A stretch of DNA of 64,000 nt from positions 160,001-224,000 of the forward strand of contig CAVYSW010000006.1 in assembly GCA_963771275.1 (NCBI GenBank), in the 5' to 3' direction. The notes under the pieces were generated by a model. It was not told the DNA's origin. It saw nothing but the letters and a program-made list of their open reading frames with translations, and did not search any database. Below, one piece after another: positions 18,032 through 27,756 of this stretch. Within the stretch, counting starts at the first letter, position 1. Each line of letters opens with the position of its first letter. A program made the position numbers and the translations under genes. This DNA comes from an uncultured Gemmatimonadales bacterium. Lineage in GTDB: Bacteria > Gemmatimonadota > Gemmatimonadetes > Gemmatimonadales > GWC2-71-9.

Positions 18032-18109
18032 CGCTATGGAAATCTACCGTCCCCGCCCCGTGACGGCTCCGCCCGGCGCGGGGGGGACCATTACCTTTCT
18101 CCCGGACCT

Positions 18110-19894
18110 ATGACCGGTACCGCCAGTCCCCATCCCCAGATCGACCCCTCGGTGGATGCCGCCGCCCTGTTCCGGAAGGCGCGGGAGGTGTTTGCCGGCA
18201 TGTTCCATATCGAGGAGGTCGTCGCCGCGAACGACGTCCGGGCGCTGTTCATCGCCCGCCACGTCGTGCTGGAGCGCCGGGTGGCGGTGCGGGTCCACCT
18301 GCAGCCCGATACGCCGGGGCGGCGGTGGTTCGAGCGCGAGACGGTGTTGCTGGCCAACATCGACCACCCCGGGATCCGTCCGATCCACTCCGCCGGCTAT
18401 CGCGGCGCCTGGGCCTATCGCGTGAGCCGCTTCATCGAGGGCGAGAGCCTGCTCGAGGCCGTCGCCCGCGGCGCGCGCGCGATCCCGGACGTGCTCCAGA
18501 TGGCGCGCGACCTGCTGAGCGCGCTGGACTACGTCCACACCGAGCAGCTCATCCTGCGGCGCATCGTGCCGTCGTCCCTGATGCTCAATCGCGCCGGCCG
18601 GGCGATCATCACCGATCTGCGCTGGTCCAATCCCCTGCTGGATCTGGCGGGGCCCGACGTCGATCCCGCGGCGGAGGCGTTCCTGGCCCCCGAGTGTCGC
18701 GGCGGGCATCCCGGCGAGCCCGGGAGCGACATCTACACCGCCGCCGCCCTGCTCTACTTCGCGGTGGCGGGTGAGGCGCCACCCGTGAACCCGCTGGAGA
18801 TCCCGCCGCCGACCGTGCTGCGGCCGGCGTGCCCGCGCGCCCTCGAGCGCGTCGTGATGCACGCGCTCCAGTCCAATCCCGCCAAGCGCTACCTGACCGT
18901 CGCGGAGATGGCCGACGACCTGCTCTCGGACCTCGGCGACTTCGGGTTTCAGACGAGCGCGCAGCCGTTGGCGGCCGAGTCCGACCCCGCCGCGTGGGAG
19001 AAGCTGCTGCGCCGCGCGCTCGGCGACGACTACGAGCTGCTGAGCCCGCTTGGCCAGGGCGCGTTCGGGCGCGTGTACCGCGTGCGCGATCTGGCGCTGG
19101 AGCGGGAAGTCGCGCTCAAGGTGCTGCACCCCTCGCTCACGGCGGACCTGGTCGTGGTCGAGCGGTTCCGCCGCGAGGCGCAGCTCGCCGCCCAGGTGCG
19201 CCACCCGCACATCGTGGACGTGTACGACACCGGCGGCCGCGGAGGGTTGTTGTGGTACACGATGGCGTACATCCCGGGGCTCAACCTCGCGCAGCTGATC
19301 CACCAGGATGGAGCGCTGTCGGTCGAGCATGCGATCGCGTTGCTCCGGCAGGGGCTCTCCGCGCTCGGCCATGCGCACAGCCAGGGGCTGGTGCACCGCG
19401 ACCTCAAGCCCGAGAACATCCTGATCGAACGGCCGGAGTGGAAGATCCAGATCACCGACTTCGGGCTCGCGCTCGCGATCGAGGGCCTCAAGGACGACAA
19501 GCGGGTCTCGCGCTCCGGGACGCCGGAGTTCGCCGCCCCCGAGCAGATGCTCGGCGAGCCGGTGGACCATCGCGCCGATCTCTACTCGCTCACCCTGGTG
19601 GCGCTCTACGGCCTCACCGGGCACTTGCCGTTCGGCGGGGGATCGATCGAGTCCGTACTCGCCCGGCAGACGATGGGGGAGCTGCCCGACGTGCGCTCGC
19701 ACCGGGCGGACGTGCCCGGCGAGCTGATCCGCGTGCTGGCCCGCGGCGCCGCCCGCGAGCCCGCGGATCGGTTCCCCTCCGCCGAGGCCTTCGAGGACGC
19801 GCTCGAGGACGCGCTGCGGGCGGAGCGCCTCGGGGCGCTCAAGTTCTTCCGGCGGTTCCCATTCCGGCGGTGGCGATCGAGAGGAGTGCGGTGA
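18110..19894 (+). CDS. Cytoplasmic Ser/Thr protein kinase with N-terminal pseudokinase domain
   Basis: C-terminal domain has LGQGAFG, VALK, HRDLKPEN, DFG and GTPEFAAPE. The N-terminal domain keeps HPGI, APE and SDIY but lacks the catalytic motifs. Confidence 0.9.
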   Translation: MTGTASPHPQIDPSVDAAALFRKAREVFAGMFHIEEVVAANDVRALFIARHVVLERRVAVRVHLQPDTPGRRWFERETVLLANIDHPGIRPIHSAGYRGAWAYRVSRFIEGESLLEAVARGARAIPDVLQMARDLLSALDYVHTEQLILRRIVPSSLMLNRAGRAIITDLRWSNPLLDLAGPDVDPAAEAFLAPECRGGHPGEPGSDIYTAAALLYFAVAGEAPPVNPLEIPPPTVLRPACPRALERVVMHALQSNPAKRYLTVAEMADDLLSDLGDFGFQTSAQPLAAESDPAAWEKLLRRALGDDYELLSPLGQGAFGRVYRVRDLALEREVALKVLHPSLTADLVVVERFRREAQLAAQVRHPHIVDVYDTGGRGGLLWYTMAYIPGLNLAQLIHQDGALSVEHAIALLRQGLSALGHAHSQGLVHRDLKPENILIERPEWKIQITDFGLALAIEGLKDDKRVSRSGTPEFAAPEQMLGEPVDHRADLYSLTLVALYGLTGHLPFGGGSIESVLARQTMGELPDVRSHRADVPGELIRVLARGAAREPADRFPSAEAFEDALEDALRAERLGALKFFRRFPFRRWRSRGVR

Positions 19895-19898
19895 CGGC

Positions 19899-20561
19899 GT
19901 GACGGATCGCGATCAGGACCGTGTCACGCGGGTGCGCGACGTGTTCGACGACTGGGCGCTGCGCGGCCGCGCGACGGCGATGGCGGAGAGCCACGCTCCC
20001 GTGGCGCGCCGCGCGGTGGACGCCCTCGCCCTCACCCGGACCGCGTGGTTCCTCGATATCGGCTGCGGCAACGGCTACGCCGTGCGGTGGGCCGCCGAGG
20101 CCGCGCCCGACGGCCGCGCGCTCGGGCTCGACGTCGCACCCGAGATGATTGCGCTGGCGCGCCGGCTCTCCACCGGTCACCCCAATGCCGAGTTCGCGGT
20201 CGCGCGGTTCCCCGAGCACGACCTGCCGCATGGCCGGTTCGACGCGATCTTCTCGATGGAGGTCTTCTACTATCTGCCGGACCTCGACGCGGCGCTCGCC
20301 GAGACGGTCCGGCTGCTCCGCCCGGGTGGCCGGTTCGGCTGCGCGGTGGACTACTATGGCGAGAACGCCGCAAGCCATGGCTGGCCGACCGACCTCGGCG
20401 TCGAGATGACGCTGCTCGATGCCGCGGACTGGCGGGAGGCGTTCCGCCGGGCGGGCTTCCCGACCGTGACGCAGGATCGGATTCGCATCCCCGCCGCGGA
20501 CCCGCGCGACGGGTGGAAGGAAACCGAGGGTTCGCTCATGACGATCGGAGTCCGCGCATGA
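19899..20561 (+). CDS. Class I SAM-dependent methyltransferase
   Basis: LDIGCGNG, GLDVAPEMI, FDAIFSMEVFYY and LRPGGRF motifs. Confidence 0.9.
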   Translation: MTDRDQDRVTRVRDVFDDWALRGRATAMAESHAPVARRAVDALALTRTAWFLDIGCGNGYAVRWAAEAAPDGRALGLDVAPEMIALARRLSTGHPNAEFAVARFPEHDLPHGRFDAIFSMEVFYYLPDLDAALAETVRLLRPGGRFGCAVDYYGENAASHGWPTDLGVEMTLLDAADWREAFRRAGFPTVTQDRIRIPAADPRDGWKETEGSLMTIGVRA

Positions 20562-21385
20562 CCTTGCGCATCGCGCTCGCACAAATCAGCGCCGGACCGG
20601 ACGGCGCCGACAACCTGCGACGCGCACTCACCATGATGGACCGCGCCGCCGACGCCGGGGCGGCGCTCGTGGCGTTCCCGGAGCTCGCGCTGCTGCCGTT
20701 CTTCCCGCAGTGGGAGCAATACGCCGGCGCGCGCGCGCTGGCCGAGCCAATCCCCGGCCCCACCAGCGGCCGTATCGCGGCCAAGGCGGCGCAGCGCGGG
20801 CTCGTCACCGTGTTCAACCTGTACGAGGAATCGGGCGGCCAGTACTTCGACAGCTCGCCCGTGTTCGACGCCGACGGCACGCTGCTCGGCGTCACACGGA
20901 TGGTGCACATCACCAACTATGCGTGCTTCCACGAGCGGGCCTACTACGCACCCGGCGACCGCGGTGCGCCTGTCTACCAGACGCGCGTTGGGCGGGTGGG
21001 CGTCGCGATCTGCTACGATCGTCACTACCCGGAGTACATGCGGGCGCTCGGCCTGGGCGGCGCGGACCTCGTGGTGATCCCGCAGGCGGGCGCGCTCGAC
21101 GAGTGGCCCGAGGGCATGTACGAGGCCGAGCTGCGGACGGCCGCGTTCCAGAACGGCTACTTCGCGGCGCTGTGCAACCGCGTGGGGATCGAGGACCGGC
21201 TCATCTTCGGGGGCGAGTCGTTCGTCACGAGCCCCACCGGCGAGATCCTGGCGCGCGGCAAGCGGCTGGAGGAAGACCTCCTGCTCACCGACGTCGATCT
21301 CGCCGCGTGCGCCAAGTCGCCCGCCCGCACGCTGTTCCTCAAGGACCGGAGGCCGGAGGTGTACGGGGGGTGGGGGCTGGGCTAG
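20558..21385 (+). CDS. Carbon-nitrogen hydrolase (nitrilase family; N-carbamoylputrescine amidase / beta-ureidopropionase-like)
   Basis: IALAQ, FPEL, ICYDRHYPE, NRVG, GESF and DRRPEVY motifs. The catalytic Lys position reads RMVHI. ATGA overlap with the methyltransferase. Confidence 0.85.
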   Translation: MTLRIALAQISAGPDGADNLRRALTMMDRAADAGAALVAFPELALLPFFPQWEQYAGARALAEPIPGPTSGRIAAKAAQRGLVTVFNLYEESGGQYFDSSPVFDADGTLLGVTRMVHITNYACFHERAYYAPGDRGAPVYQTRVGRVGVAICYDRHYPEYMRALGLGGADLVVIPQAGALDEWPEGMYEAELRTAAFQNGYFAALCNRVGIEDRLIFGGESFVTSPTGEILARGKRLEEDLLLTDVDLAACAKSPARTLFLKDRRPEVYGGWGLG

Positions 21386-21601
21386 ATCCTCGGGTGTGTC
21401 GTGGACCCTCCTATGCTCTTGTACCCTCCCGTCGGTTTGCAGTAGGACGCCGCTCAAGCGGCTACTCGGCACCATCTGTCGCGCGAGGGCGACGGGGTCC
21501 GAGGGGTGCCAGAATCCCGAGTAAAGCTCACCCTACTTCTGGTAGCAGTTGCGCGGGGAGTCGAGCGCCCCCACGTTAGGGGAAGGGATCGCCGCACCCT
21601 T

Positions 21602-23716
21602 ATGTTCGCGCTCGTCCTGGCCCTCCAAGTCCCACAAGCCGCGCCGCCCGTCTGCGAGGCCAGTTGGCCGCGTCCCACCGTCTCCTGGGACAGCTCGGCT
21701 ACCAGAGACTCGATGACGGCCCGCCTCCGCGAGGCCGCGCGCGCCGCGCCCAAGGACGGCGAGGCGTGGCTGGCTTACGGCCTCTTCCTCACCGTCACCA
21801 GCAGCGAGAACCTGAGCGACTGGCGCGGGCGCTTCGAGGCCCAGAAGGCGCTCGATCAGGCGCTGCGGCTGCTGCCCGGCGACCCCCGTCCGCTCGCAGC
21901 GTTCGCCGTCCTCCGGCGGAAGCAGGGGGCGCGCGTTGATGCACGGCGCCTGATCCGGCATGCCACCGGCATGGTGGCGAACGGGAAGGGCGACATCGGC
22001 CACTGCTTCGAGGCCGAGTTGTACTACCAGATGGCGATGATCTACCGCACGTGGTGGGACGACTGGGAAGGCATGACGTTCATGGGCGGCGCGGTCGGCT
22101 CCATGCTGCCGTGCGTCACCAAGCAGCCTCGCAGCCCCGACACCCGCGAGGAGATGGCGTGCCCCGAGAACTTCTACGACGCCATGAGCCGCCGGGCGGA
22201 TCTCACGCAGCATGCGGTTCAAGGACCGCGACGCGATGATCGAGAACCTCGAGGCGGCGGTCGCCGCGAATCCGCGGCACCGGGACGCGCAGCACGCCCT
22301 CCTGCTGGCCCTCTACGAGCTGCAAGACCACGAGCGGTTCGCCAGGGTGCTGCGCACCGCAATCGTGGCGGACTCCCTCGATCCGTGGCTTCCGCTCTGG
22401 GGGGCAACCGAGGCGTACGCCCGGCGCGACATCGCGCGCAGTGAGCGGTTCGTGCAAGCAGGGTTGCGACTGCTCCCGGCTTCCGAGCGGGAGGCGCTGC
22501 TCTCGGTGGCGCGCATCGTGCCGCCACGCATGGACGCGACCTGGAACCCTGACAACGACTCCCTCTACTGGCGGGCCGCCGATCCGCTGCTGCTGACCGA
22601 CGTGAACGAGCGGCTGCTGGCGCACGTCGCGCGCGTCACGTACGCCGTGACGAAGTACAATGCGCCGCAGATGGGCATGCGCGGGCCCGACACGAACGCC
22701 GGGTTCATGTTCGTCCGGTACGGTCGCCCCTGGCGGCGCTGGCATGATCCGGCTTCGGCGGTCGGCACCGCGAGCTGATCTGGGCCATGGACTCGACCAA
22801 CGGGCCGCTCCGGCTGGCAGCGCGCCGTCACCATGCAGCGCTGGCGGTTCGACGAGGAGAGCGCAGGGCACGATCTACGCCTACGCGGAGAGCGTGCCGG
22901 AGCGGTGGAACGCGCGGGAGGTGTTCGACACGCTCGATTTCCTCCCCGTCGAGGCCGCCCGCTTCGAGGACGCGGGGCACACGGTGCTGGACGTGTACGC
23001 GCTGTGGCGGAACCCGTACACCGACGTCACGCCGGACTCGCGTGCGCATCGGCTTCTTCGTCAGCGACGCGGCCATGAACCCGCTCGTCGATCGTCGCCA
23101 GGTCGTCACCCGGCCGGGCGCGCGTATCCGGCTCCAGTTCCGGGCGCCGCTCGGCCCCGCGTTCTACTGGTACCGGGTGGAGACGCTCACGGGGCCCATG
23201 CGCGCCGCCGGCCGAGTGCGGGCGTCGCTCCAGGTCACCGCTCCCGCGCTCGACTCGCTCCGCACCAGCGACCTCCTGCTCGGGAGATCGAGCCGGGAGC
23301 CGCCGCTCACGATTCTCCACCGGGACAGCCTCCGCATCGATCCGCTCTACAACCTGGAGCTGGCGCCGGGCGACTCGCTGGTGGTGTACTGGGAGACGTA
23401 TGGCCTGAGGCCCGACTCGACCGGCACCGTGCGCTACCACGTCACCTTCGATGCGCGCGAAGCGGATCGCGGCGCGCTCGCCGAGGTGATCGCGCGCCTG
23501 GGCGCGGCGATCGGCGTGGGGCGGCGCAGCGGCCTCTCGGTGGAGTGGGACGTGGACGCGCCCGCCACCGACGGCGTGCGGCGGGATGTGCTGGCGGTGG
23601 GTCCCGCTGCGTGGAAACCGGGCACCTATGTCCTTCGGGTCCGAATCGACGAGCGCGGATCGGGCCGCACCGCCGTGTCGGAGCGACGCGTGGTCATGGG
23701 GAATGCGGGATCCTGA
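21602..23716 (+). pseudogene. Secreted TPR + GWxTD-like domain protein, interrupted by several +1 frameshifts (possibly sequencing errors)
   Basis: Pieces lie in ORFs 21506, 22212, 22660 and 22787. YWRAADPLLLTDVNERLLAHVARVTYA..GPDTNAGFMFVRYGRP matches the GWxTD domain pattern. The C-terminus has SDLLL, VYWETYGL and PGTYVLRVRI. Confidence 0.72.
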
Positions 23717-23788
23717 CGGATTCGGCCACTTCTGCTCTCCGCGATTCAACCATGGCCGCGAGAGGCAACTGCTGCCGGTGAGGGCACC

Positions 23789-24244
23789 ATGCCGCCTTCC
23801 GACTCTCCTCATTTGTGGGTTGATCGTGGCATGCTCGGCCGCCCCGAGATCCACATCGCTCCAGAACCTCGCTTGCCGGCGGGCAGACAACTTGAAGGCG
23901 ACCCCTATGCCGCCGGATTCGACCGCGCCCACGCATTCCTGGTCGCACAGGGCTTCGACGTGCAGCGGCAGGTCGCCTCTACCAGTCACCCCGAGTTTGA
24001 GTTCAGGGCAACGCGCGAGCGGACAGTGGGTGGCGACGGGACGGGGCGGCGCCGGGACGAGGTGCGTGTGACGTGGCGGCCCGCCACGTCCGGCGAAGCG
24101 ATCGGCCGGGTGGGCATGACGCCGAGCACCGTCGACATTCGTGTGACGTGTTACGAGTTGCTCCCAACGGGCAAGTGGCGGGCGGTCGACCCGGAGCCAC
24201 TGCGCAACCTGGCAGAGGCGATCAAGCGCGAGTTCGCATCCTAG
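23789..24244 (+). CDS. Hypothetical protein, probably a lipoprotein with a frameshifted N-terminus
   Basis: Removing one C after the ATG gives MRLPTLLICGLIVAC (lipobox-like). The C-terminal part is in ORF 23789..24244. Confidence 0.5.
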   Translation: MPPSDSPHLWVDRGMLGRPEIHIAPEPRLPAGRQLEGDPYAAGFDRAHAFLVAQGFDVQRQVASTSHPEFEFRATRERTVGGDGTGRRRDEVRVTWRPATSGEAIGRVGMTPSTVDIRVTCYELLPTGKWRAVDPEPLRNLAEAIKREFAS

Positions 24245-24274
24245 CGAACCCCGATACGGGGGGGGCGTCCCACA

Positions 24275-24348
24275 GCCCCCACTGCCGCCCCTGCCCTCAC
24301 TTCCGCCCCTGCCCCTCCCGCCGCTACCGCGCCCCACCCGTCCGCCCC
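24275..24348. repeat. C-rich degenerate ~9-nt tandem array (CTGCCGCCC-like)
   Basis: cccccactgccgcccctgccctcacttccgcccctgcccctcccgccgctaccgcgccccacccgtccgcccc. Confidence 0.55.
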
Positions 24349-24360
24349 TATACTCTACCC

Positions 24361-25143
24361 GTGCCGACCACCGCGCTGCTGCTGCTCCCGGGGATGTCGC
24401 TCAACGCGACGCTGTTCCCGCGCTTCAACGTCCCGACTGTCGCCGCCGAGTTCAATCGCTCGGCGCCGCCGGCGGAGCGGCGCATGGAGCCCTACCTCGA
24501 GCGCGTGGACGCGCTGGCGACGCAGCCGACGTGGGTTGGCGCGGACAGGCGGATCGTCGTCGGTCACAGCTTCGGCGGCATGCTGGCGCTCGCCTGGCTA
24601 CTGCGGCACGCCTGCGCCGGCCCGGCGCGCGCGGACGGCCTCGTGCTGGTGAGCACGACGGCCGGGCCGATGTTCGACGCGGTGCGCGTCCGACTCGCGG
24701 GGGCAGGCCCGCTCGAGTGGCGGGTCGGCATCGGGCCGCTGCTGCCGCTGTGGAACAGCACCACCGTGACCCGCGGCGTCAAGCGGCTCCTGTCCGGCGG
24801 CTCACTCACCACGACCGACGTCGATTTCCAGCGGCTTGTGCTGCGGAGCGATATCGCCGTGGGGCTCGCGGGCTGGCGCAACACCAGCTGGGACGCGCGG
24901 CGGGCCTATCGCGGGGCGATGGACGGCTTCGACGTGCGACGCCGCCTCAAGGAGATCGCGTTGCCCACGATCGTGCTGCACGGCACCCGGGACCGGCTGT
25001 TCCCGTGCGGGACCGCGCGCGCGCTCGCGGCGGGCCTGCCCCGGGCGGAGCTCCGGATCGTCGAGGGCGCCGGTCACGTGCTCCCGCTCACCCACGGCGA
25101 CGCGGTGGTGACGGCGGTCAACGACCTGCTGCCCCGCCCCTAG
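24361..25143 (+). CDS. Alpha/beta fold hydrolase
   Basis: VGHSFGG nucleophile elbow, VLHGTRD and GAGHVLP motifs. TATACT lies 6 nt before the GTG. Confidence 0.88.
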   Translation: MPTTALLLLPGMSLNATLFPRFNVPTVAAEFNRSAPPAERRMEPYLERVDALATQPTWVGADRRIVVGHSFGGMLALAWLLRHACAGPARADGLVLVSTTAGPMFDAVRVRLAGAGPLEWRVGIGPLLPLWNSTTVTRGVKRLLSGGSLTTTDVDFQRLVLRSDIAVGLAGWRNTSWDARRAYRGAMDGFDVRRRLKEIALPTIVLHGTRDRLFPCGTARALAAGLPRAELRIVEGAGHVLPLTHGDAVVTAVNDLLPRP

Positions 25144-25174
25144 TACCGTTGGTCATACGTTCGATGACGCGTCT

Positions 25175-25286
25175 CACCGCGGAGTCCGCAGAGACCGCAG
25201 AGCAAGCCTGTGATCGTCGGTCGCTGGGGTCGGCGCATGGTGCGCAGCAGTTCCCTCACTCCGCGTGCTCGGCGACCTCTGCGGTG
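25175..25286. repeat. Palindromic element with 9-nt-unit arms (ACCGCAGAG family), copy 1
   Basis: caccgcggagtccgcagagaccgcagag ... ctccgcgtgctcggcgacctctgcggtg, between convergent genes. Confidence 0.85.
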
Positions 25287-25317
25287 TAATACGTAACCGT
25301 AGTTGTGAGCTGATGTA

Positions 25318-25683
25318 TTAGCCGGAGTCCTCGCGCGCCGCCTGCCGTTCCTTGTCGTACACCGACTTCTCGGCCCGCTCCAGCGCCGGGCGCAGCGCCG
25401 CGACGTAGTCCCGCAGTCCCCGGATCTTGCTCTGCGTCACGCCGCCGCGGCGCGCCAGCATGCCGAGCTGGTTCGCCTGGTCGGCGATCACCCCGAATCC
25501 CTTGCCGAGCAGCAGCCGGCCGAGGTCCAGGGCCGCCCGCCCGAGCACGATCGCGATCTGATCCTGTCCCTTCATGCCGCTGCCGTACTGCTCGACGAGC
25601 CCGTGAATGCGATCGAGCTTGCGACGGGCCATGGCGATGGTGTCCAGCTCCTGCTGCGCACCGGCGCTCAGCTTTCCGGTCAT
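25318..25683 (-). CDS. Hypothetical alpha-helical protein
   Basis: 121-aa ORF with normal codon usage and AAAGGGG upstream, at the end of the ABC-2 operon. Confidence 0.75.
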   Translation of the reverse strand: MTGKLSAGAQQELDTIAMARRKLDRIHGLVEQYGSGMKGQDQIAIVLGRAALDLGRLLLGKGFGVIADQANQLGMLARRGGVTQSKIRGLRDYVAALRPALERAEKSVYDKERQAAREDSG

Positions 25684-25710
25684 GGCCAGCCCCTTTCGAC
25701 GCCCTGGGCG

Positions 25711-26751
25711 TCAGCTCCAGCGGAAGATCTTCAAGGACACCGCGAAGCTCGCGGCGGCCCAGATCAGCATGTTCGCGAGGTGTCCGGCGGTGGCGCGGAC
25801 GCCCGCCCCGTCCAGCAGTACGGCCCGCAGCCCGTCGTTCAACGCCGTGAGCGGCAGCGCCTGGATCAGCGGATGCAGCGCGTCCGGGAAATGCGACCAC
25901 GAGAAGAACACGCCCGAGAACACCCACATCGGCACCATCACCACGTTCATCAGGCCGGAGACGCCCTCGACCGTCTTCGCGCGGCTCGCCACCAGCAGCC
26001 CGAGCCCGGAGAACGCCAGGGCGCCGGCGAGCACGATCACCGACAGCAGCGGCAGCGACCCGCGGACCGGCACGTCGAACGCGAACGCGCCGAACGCCAG
26101 CACGGTCACGACTTCCGCGACCAGGAAGACCAGCCGGGCCAGCGCCTGCGACAGCAGGAATTCGCTCTTCCGCATCGGCGCGGCGAGCAGGCGCTTGAGC
26201 AATCCGCGGCTCCGCGTCCGCACGATGCCGAACCCGATACCCCACATGCCGGTCCCCATGATGTTGAGGCCGAGCAGTCCGGGAATCAGGAAATCGATGT
26301 AGCGCGAGCCCGGCTCCGTGACGGTGACGTCGCGGATGTCCCGTACGTCGCGCCGGCCGCCGGCCGCCTGCAACGCGTCGTTGACGAGCAGGCGGGCGAG
26401 TCGCGCCTCGTCCCGCGTCGAGTCGTAGCGCAGCTCGACCGGGTCGTGCGGATGGACCACCAGCGCCACGCGTCCCGTCCGCAGCCGGGCTTCGGCCTCG
26501 CTGCTGTCGAGCCGCACGACTCGGAGACCGCTCGCCGCGGTGAGCGCCCCCGCCACGACATCGGCCCCCGGCTCCTCCTGCACCGCGACCGTGATGGCCT
26601 GCGGCGCCCGGTTCTTGAACGCGATCCCCAGCGCGAGCGCCAGGAGGATCGGGAACGCGAACACCCAGAAGATCGCCTCGGGCTCGCGCCACAGCTCGCG
26701 CAGCCGCCAGAGCGTGAGCTGGACGAGCGGGCCGCCGCCCCGGTCACTCAT
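25711..26751 (-). CDS. ABC-2 type exporter permease
   Basis: REPEAIFWVFAFP, YIDFLIPGLLG, LKRLLAAP, SGVFFS and LPLTALND motifs; multiple transmembrane segments. Confidence 0.92.
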   Translation of the reverse strand: MSDRGGGPLVQLTLWRLRELWREPEAIFWVFAFPILLALALGIAFKNRAPQAITVAVQEEPGADVVAGALTAASGLRVVRLDSSEAEARLRTGRVALVVHPHDPVELRYDSTRDEARLARLLVNDALQAAGGRRDVRDIRDVTVTEPGSRYIDFLIPGLLGLNIMGTGMWGIGFGIVRTRSRGLLKRLLAAPMRKSEFLLSQALARLVFLVAEVVTVLAFGAFAFDVPVRGSLPLLSVIVLAGALAFSGLGLLVASRAKTVEGVSGLMNVVMVPMWVFSGVFFSWSHFPDALHPLIQALPLTALNDGLRAVLLDGAGVRATAGHLANMLIWAAASFAVSLKIFRWS

Positions 26752-27676
26752 CGCGCAGCGTCCGCCCGGTGTGATGCAGGAACACGTCTTCCAGCGTGGC
26801 GGTGTGGGTCGTGAGGGTGCTGAGCGACACGCCGCGCTCCGCGAGCAGCGCCATCAGCGCCGGCACGGCGGTGTGCACCTGCGCCACCGTGAGGCGGGTC
26901 GTGCCGTCCTCCGCGTGCACCTCGCGCACTCCCGGCAGCGCATCGAGCTCGGCGCGCTCCGGCGCGCGTCCCGCCGCCACCCCGAACTCCACGACGTGCG
27001 CGGCGCCGAGCGAGGCCACCAGCTCGCGCGGCGTGCCGAGCGCGATCACGCGGCCGTGGTCCACGATCGCGACCCGGTCGCACAGCCGCTCCGCCTCGTC
27101 CATGTAGTGCGTGGTGAGCAGCACTGTGCGCCCTTCGGCCTTGAGCGCCGTGATGAGATCCCACAGCTGCCGGCGGGCCTGGGGATCGAGCCCGGCCGTC
27201 GGCTCGTCGAGGAACAGGATCTCGGGCGCGCTCACCAGCGCCACCGCGATCGCGAGGCGCTGGCGCTGCCCGCCGGAGAGGTTCTTGACGTAGGCGCCGC
27301 GCTTCTCCCGGAGCCCGACCACGCCGAGCGCGTCCTCCACGCGCATGCCCGCCGGGAAGAAGCTGCGGAACAGCTGCAGCGTCTCCCGCACGGTGAGCTT
27401 CTCCGGGAACAGCGTCTCCTGGAGCTGCGTCCCCATGCGGAGCCGCAGGGCGTTCGCGTCCCGCGCCCACGTGCGGCCCAGCACTTCGACCTCACCGGCG
27501 TCGGCGGCCAGCAGCCCCTGGAGGATCTCGACCGTCGTCGTCTTCCCCGCTCCGTTTGGGCCCAGCAGCCCGAAGCACTCGCCGGTCGCGACCTCGAGGT
27601 CGAGGCCGTCGAGCGCGACGACGTCGCCGTAGCGTTTGACGAGTCCGTGACAGCGAATCGCGAGCGGCTGAGCCAT
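26744..27676 (-). CDS. ABC-2 exporter ATP-binding protein
   Basis: Walker A GPNGAGKTT, signature LSGGQRQR, LDEPTAGLD and TTHYMDEAE. Confidence 0.95.
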   Translation of the reverse strand: MAQPLAIRCHGLVKRYGDVVALDGLDLEVATGECFGLLGPNGAGKTTTVEILQGLLAADAGEVEVLGRTWARDANALRLRMGTQLQETLFPEKLTVRETLQLFRSFFPAGMRVEDALGVVGLREKRGAYVKNLSGGQRQRLAIAVALVSAPEILFLDEPTAGLDPQARRQLWDLITALKAEGRTVLLTTHYMDEAERLCDRVAIVDHGRVIALGTPRELVASLGAAHVVEFGVAAGRAPERAELDALPGVREVHAEDGTTRLTVAQVHTAVPALMALLAERGVSLSTLTTHTATLEDVFLHHTGRTLRDE

Positions 27677-27756
27677 GCGGCGCAATCAACGACGGCACCC
27701 ACCCGAATGCAAGGCGATCCGCCACGGCGCCGCGCCCCGATTACCTTTCTCCGCCC

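Noticed and set aside
21602..23716. Programmed ribosomal frameshifting or phase variation in the GWxTD-like gene
   Set aside because: Too many shifts, and none lies in a slippery or simple-repeat tract; sequencing error or decay is more parsimonious.
25318..25683. Small helical protein as an HPt domain or as the mobiliser of the adjacent palindromic element
   Set aside because: No HPt histidine motif or nuclease motif is visible, and it lies outside the arms of the element.
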